Part shown: piece by piece, positions 22,450 through 26,561 of the stretch
How the letters are laid out: every line of letters begins with the position of its first letter
How positions within the stretch are numbered: the stretch's first letter is position 1
IMG/VR virus record: IMGVR_UViG_3300025498_000017
Span: 1-26,561 of that record
Length of the DNA stretch: 26,561 nucleotides
Reading direction: 5' to 3' (one strand)
From: a virus
Lineage: Duplodnaviria; Caudoviricetes
The notes under the pieces: model-generated
The model's input: the letters and a program-made list of their open reading frames with translations, nothing else
What the model was told of the DNA's origin: nothing
Database searches by the model: none
Translations under genes and position numbers: made by a program

Positions 22450-22984
22450 GTGCCTCCCGTTCCTTTTTCGCAGCTCGATATTTTCGGTTTGCTAGAGCTG
22501 CCTTACTCGGATTTTCCGACCGTCTCCTGATATTTGATTCGATTACCGCAGGACACGGTATTCCTCTCTTGGACTCACTCAAATGCTTACGATGGTCTAG
22601 TGATTTGGGTCGTCCCGTCAAGGCTAAAGCAACGGCTAATTTTTGGTGTTCAGTATTCGTACATCCCTCACGAGTTGCCCCGCCTAGGCCACCTTCCGCC
22701 AAATTATAACCAATTTCCAAATCTCTTGAATCAAGAGTTTGAATAAAAAACTTTTCTAAGGCGTTCATTTGCTCTTTATCACAAGGACGAACTAGTGATG
22801 AAATCACAAACGCCTCAGGACCATATTTTCGTATGGCACGGTATAGAAGCGGCTTGTCGTTGGTTCTACCGCCAGATATAGCTCGACGACACTGCAAAGC
22901 GAGATATGTTGATAGGTCATCTCCTGAATGTTGCCCAATGTAAATCTTGGAATTCACCGTATTTGTGATTGCGTAAATATGCAT
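22442..22984 (-). CDS. Free-standing GIY-YIG homing endonuclease with NUMOD3-like repeats
   Basis: HIYAITNTVNSKIYIGQ, LYRAIRKYG..AF, LEKFFI, GYNLAEGG. Confidence 0.9.
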   Translation of the reverse strand: MHIYAITNTVNSKIYIGQHSGDDLSTYLALQCRRAISGGRTNDKPLLYRAIRKYGPEAFVISSLVRPCDKEQMNALEKFFIQTLDSRDLEIGYNLAEGGLGGATREGCTNTEHQKLAVALALTGRPKSLDHRKHLSESKRGIPCPAVIESNIRRRSENPSKAALANRKYRAAKKEREAHA

Positions 22985-22989
22985 AATTA

Positions 22990-23018
22990 ACTATACCATA
23001 TTCCCCAACAGTTGTCAA
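22990..23018 (-). promoter_or_regulatory. sigma70 promoter, probably giving a leaderless GIY-YIG mRNA
   Basis: TTGACA (overlapping the terminase TGA)-17 nt-TATAGT; ATG only 5 nt after the -10 box; no SD. Confidence 0.7.
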
Positions 23019-25030
23019 CCATAAATTCCTGCTTCTTCAAATGGATCGCAATACCCCGCCGCCATCACCTGTTCAGCTTGTACTGCCTCTCGCGCTGAAA
23101 GATCGGGATTTTCCAACGCAGCATTCAACGCCCTCTGCTTAAAACATTTGGCATATGTCCCTTTACCGTACAAATGGTCATATTGCTGTTGTGCTTGGCT
23201 GGAGATGCCGAAATCGGGGCTGGCCGCTTGACGCTTACCTTCCATATCAGCATACCCAGAAAACTGATCTACCAAAATCGACAATGCACTAACGATATCA
23301 TCATGTGTAGAAGCCGCAGTTCCGAAATTGGATAATTCGGAATACAACTCTTCGAGTCCGACGCATTGATTCGCAAAAAGAAGCCTGTCGTCACCAAGAT
23401 ACCTCAGCACCGGCTTCGCCTTCATATCTTTTGCGTTCTTCTTGTTTCCTTGACCGAGCGGGACGAACTCTATAGGAACACGAACACGTAATTTGTCCAT
23501 TTCCCGATAAATTTCTTTTCCTAACCATTTCACGCCTACCGAATCTTCGATACACATGCGTGATGGTTTCCATTGGTTTGCGACGGCGGCTATCTTACCC
23601 GGCAACTCATATTCATTCCATCGACCGCGTTGGCAATCAATGATGTAAAACCGCCCTCCGTAAATTAAAGATGTCAGAATTACTGTATAGTCCGCCCAAC
23701 TTTTCGTAGAGTAAGCAGTGTCTATACAGGTAACCACAAATCCCGTCTGCGGCAGTAAATTGGAATTGATCGTTTTCCGATGAAGCAATTCCAACGGAAA
23801 TTTTACAACGTGGGCCTTGGTCGGGTCGTTGAGGTATTTTACAGCAAATCCTTCTACGTCGTGACACTCGCCCTTTAGAAACTCGTAGGTAAGCTGGCCG
23901 GGAACGTTAAACCACAATTCCCAATCAGACTCTACCATTTCGCTCTCAACTTTGCCTGCTTTTACAGCAGCCTGATTCGGCCACCATGCAGGCCGTAAAT
24001 ATACCTTCATCTTTACAGGATCACCATTTTTGACACATTTTTCAATGTGCTTCATGTCCTGTCCGTAGGTATCGTCGGAGTCGTACCATGTCCCGATTTT
24101 ATCGTAAAATCCGTACGGGACTTTCATGGCTTTATTGATGCTAACCTGCTTGTTGACGTTCTTGATTCGGTCAACCGTCCGGCTATTCTCGTTCGTTACA
24201 ACGTCATCCAGTTTCATGACGCCGACGTGCCATCCTGACAAGTTCTGGTCAATGGATGCTGCGAACACCGTACATTCCTTGTCAACAAATGCCGACGCAG
24301 GAGTTTGAAACTCTTGCTGTGTTCCGTCGTCCTTAGGAATACAATGCTCAGGAAATAGTACCTGAAATAGAAATATTGACCCATCCGGCATCATGCGCGG
24401 CTTGATCGACTTCTTCGTGTGATACAGATTCTCAGCGTCAGGATCACTGTCGTCCAACTTGAAATGTCCCTTGATTTCTTTTACGAAATCAACCGCTAGA
24501 TCGAGCACGCCCGTAAGGATCATGATCGTAATTTCTGGCCAGTTAAGGATGTACTGAATTACGTCCGCCATGTCAATCGACGACTTAAAGCCGCCTCTAG
24601 GCACGAGCAATAGTCGCTCTTTCTGGTCGACGTACTGCGTTGCGAACTCCTTGAAAGTAGGAATCAGGGGATTCTTGCGGACGAAAAACTCGTTGCAGAT
24701 TTCCTCGTGAGTGTTGTGAACCGTTCCATCAATCCAGATGTAAGTCTTATCCGTCGTATCCCTGTACTTTTCCAGCAAATGGCATAGCGCGAATAAATTC
24801 GTTTGGGCCATGTACCGATATAGGAGCATGCGGTCTTGTGATGCGGGGTCATCTGTAATAACCCCGTATGCCTTACAAACAGCAATGATTTTCTTCTTGA
24901 TAGGGTCTGTCAACCGCTCGAAACTCTCGTACGCGTTGTGAGCCATGATGTCGAGGGGCATATCCTTGTGCTGATAATTGGTGTCTGCCTTGTGCTTGTT
25001 AAACCATGTTTCTAGTTGATCGACTCTCAC
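23015..25030 (-). CDS. terL: Terminase large subunit
   Basis: Walker A LLVPRGGFKSS, Walker B MKLDDVV, motif III IGTWY, nuclease CIDTAYS..ADYT, IEDS, HDDIVSALS. Confidence 0.9.
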   Translation of the reverse strand: MRVDQLETWFNKHKADTNYQHKDMPLDIMAHNAYESFERLTDPIKKKIIAVCKAYGVITDDPASQDRMLLYRYMAQTNLFALCHLLEKYRDTTDKTYIWIDGTVHNTHEEICNEFFVRKNPLIPTFKEFATQYVDQKERLLLVPRGGFKSSIDMADVIQYILNWPEITIMILTGVLDLAVDFVKEIKGHFKLDDSDPDAENLYHTKKSIKPRMMPDGSIFLFQVLFPEHCIPKDDGTQQEFQTPASAFVDKECTVFAASIDQNLSGWHVGVMKLDDVVTNENSRTVDRIKNVNKQVSINKAMKVPYGFYDKIGTWYDSDDTYGQDMKHIEKCVKNGDPVKMKVYLRPAWWPNQAAVKAGKVESEMVESDWELWFNVPGQLTYEFLKGECHDVEGFAVKYLNDPTKAHVVKFPLELLHRKTINSNLLPQTGFVVTCIDTAYSTKSWADYTVILTSLIYGGRFYIIDCQRGRWNEYELPGKIAAVANQWKPSRMCIEDSVGVKWLGKEIYREMDKLRVRVPIEFVPLGQGNKKNAKDMKAKPVLRYLGDDRLLFANQCVGLEELYSELSNFGTAASTHDDIVSALSILVDQFSGYADMEGKRQAASPDFGISSQAQQQYDHLYGKGTYAKCFKQRALNAALENPDLSAREAVQAEQVMAAGYCDPFEEAGIYG

Positions 25031-25091
25031 GACGCAGTCTCCTCGCTATTCTACTGCACAAAACCCCTCGTCAAGATAAAGAGCAGCATTT

Positions 25092-25742
25092 CTAAGAATC
25101 GTTGGTCGATACTGCGGGTGCTGCTGGTGTTGGCATCGGTGGGGCGGCTGCGGTTAAAGGGGCAGGTGCTCCCTCCGTTGGTGCCGCTTCACCATCATTA
25201 GGCGTGCCTGCATGATCCTCAAAATGATTGTGAAGATCAGACATATCATTCGAGACATGAGTCTCATCAGGATGATGAGCGGGATGATGATGCACATGAG
25301 TATGAATCAGTTTTCCGTCATGTGCACGAGTAGTACGAATTTCCTTGATATGCTTCGGTGGTGCCTTTTCTTTCTTGCCGGGAATCATATCGAATACATG
25401 TGAATCTGCCATATTGTCCTTTGCTGGGATAACCTTTTCTCCCTTGTGTAGCAATGCCAAACCTGTCTTGGGAACGTAATCAGTGCCGTGCTCAAAACTA
25501 CCCAGCGGCTTTATGTACTGGTCAACAGGGATTCGCTTCTCGGGCGGTTTATCTCCATACTTGGCACCCGGATGAATCTTGTCAACCTTCTGCGGGGGGT
25601 TCGCCTTTGGCATGTCAGCAGGACCGCTTACTGCCTTCTCGTATTCTTCCACATTCTGCTTGCGGTTACCTAGGCCCGATTCTTCACGGCTTCCGGCACC
25701 CATATTCAAAAGTCTTTTACTTAGATCGAGCTGGTCTGGCAT
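25092..25742 (-). CDS. Hypothetical protein with His-rich C-terminal half
   Basis: 216 aa; FEHGTDYVPKTGLALLHKGEKVIP motif and HTHVHHHPAHH tract. Confidence 0.6.
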   Translation of the reverse strand: MPDQLDLSKRLLNMGAGSREESGLGNRKQNVEEYEKAVSGPADMPKANPPQKVDKIHPGAKYGDKPPEKRIPVDQYIKPLGSFEHGTDYVPKTGLALLHKGEKVIPAKDNMADSHVFDMIPGKKEKAPPKHIKEIRTTRAHDGKLIHTHVHHHPAHHPDETHVSNDMSDLHNHFEDHAGTPNDGEAAPTEGAPAPLTAAAPPMPTPAAPAVSTNDS

Positions 25743-26265
25743 AAATATTCTCCAATTGATTCGCTGGTCCGATTAGATACTTATCCTTCAATTCATTCCA
25801 CAACTTTCTCGTCCAGAACTCCATTCCGTGATTTGGACTATACGTCGGATAAAATTTTTTGAACAATTTCATTGAGGTTCCAACAGCATGCGGCATCTCG
25901 CCAATTGCCCGCAAATACATAAGCACAAGAGAAGCACTACGGCTGTGACCAAAATTGCAAGCGACTAGAACCTTGTCGCCCGCCGCTAATCTCTCATGAA
26001 TGAAATCTAACCCTTTGAAGATCAATTCTTCTGGAATCATCTCGGGATCATCCAAGTCCAAAATGTTCAAGGCGAGAAGATTCCCCTTGCGAACCCAAAG
26101 GTAGTTCTTTCCGGGGGGCGCTCCGGGTGTGCTATAACCTAATATCTCTTTATGTCCACCGGGGCCATACTTCGCTGCACGAAGATAACTCCACCCAGCC
26201 CGCCCTTTGGTCTTCTCGTATGCTTCGTCGTTTCCTTCAAATAGTCTTGGAATTATCTCTTCCAT
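25717..26265 (-). CDS. Dual-specificity / tyrosine protein phosphatase family protein
   Basis: KVLVACNFGHSRSASLVLMYL = Cx5R(S) P-loop; upstream acidic loop ILDLDD. Confidence 0.85.
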   Translation of the reverse strand: MEEIIPRLFEGNDEAYEKTKGRAGWSYLRAAKYGPGGHKEILGYSTPGAPPGKNYLWVRKGNLLALNILDLDDPEMIPEELIFKGLDFIHERLAAGDKVLVACNFGHSRSASLVLMYLRAIGEMPHAVGTSMKLFKKFYPTYSPNHGMEFWTRKLWNELKDKYLIGPANQLENIYARPARSK

Positions 26266-26292
26266 AGGTGTGCTCGCCCGTCGCCAAAGCCG

Positions 26293-26561
26293 CTAAGCCT
26301 TGGGATTTACTTCAAACAACTTCAAACCGAGAGCGTCAAAAGCGTCCTCGATATGCATTCGAAAGTGGTAGTGATCTTTCTTTTTCTTAAATAGTTTTCG
26401 ACGAATGGCGGCTTTCTTCTTACTATCTGTTCCGTAGAAACTACGTTCTTCACAAGGATGTTTAGGAAATGCCTCACTGCGAATTATCGTAGTCGTGGCG
26501 TCTTTGATTCCCCATTTTCGGGAATCGGGTCCACGTATTGCTGAGAGAATGTCCCAAAGGT
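26293..26561 (-). CDS. 3' part of a hypothetical gene entering from the right edge
   Basis: Open frame LWDILSAIRGPDS...FEVNPKA* ending at TAG 26295-26293; 5' end lies outside the window. Confidence 0.55.
   Translation of the reverse strand, partial: LWDILSAIRGPDSRKWGIKDATTTIIRSEAFPKHPCEERSFYGTDSKKKAAIRRKLFKKKKDHYHFRMHIEDAFDALGLKLFEVNPKA

Noticed and set aside
23015-25030. Intein or intron in the terminase
   Set aside because: Continuous frame with normal motif order; no intein-like junction motifs or LAGLIDADG block seen
476-25776. Many plus-strand ORFs in the six-frame track
   Set aside because: They are antisense shadows of minus-strand genes, with no recognisable motifs
1-26561. CRISPR array, tRNA/rRNA genes, integrase, or DGR template/variable repeats
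   Set aside because: None seen; the only notable exact repeat is the 31-mer shared by two introns, and the duplicated capsid end is not adenine-specific and has no reverse transcriptase nearby

Overview
The window is a dsDNA tailed-phage virion morphogenesis module, coded almost entirely on the minus strand, with a podovirus-like order. From right to left: a dual-specificity phosphatase, a His-rich protein, large terminase, portal, a DUF5317-like membrane protein, a GT31-like glycosyltransferase, scaffold, major capsid protein (N4-gp56-like), an Ig-like protein, two paralogous head-tail adaptor-like proteins, tail appendages and a large nozzle-like protein. The module is heavily invaded by mobile elements. 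The portal is split by two ORF-less ~200-nt group I introns around a 17-nt micro-exon. The capsid gene has six exons and five intervening sequences: two LAGLIDADG-encoding group I introns (one apparently ending in A rather than G), one compact ORF-less group I intron, and two 73-74 nt mini-introns. The mini-introns keep P1 (U.G splice-site wobble), P10, a shared extra 3'-exon helix and a TAAATG end, but have no catalytic core. One carries a near-consensus sigma70 promoter and an in-frame ATG; the other carries a recoded duplicate of the capsid C-terminus. They are the best candidate for an undescribed system (non-autonomous introns spliced by a helper core). Four free-standing homing endonucleases, one remnant, a recurring RBS-occluding RNA motif and a scaffold-like C-terminal tag on the glycosyltransferase are also present. 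All calls come from reading motifs and base-pairing by eye; no database searches or folding programs were run.
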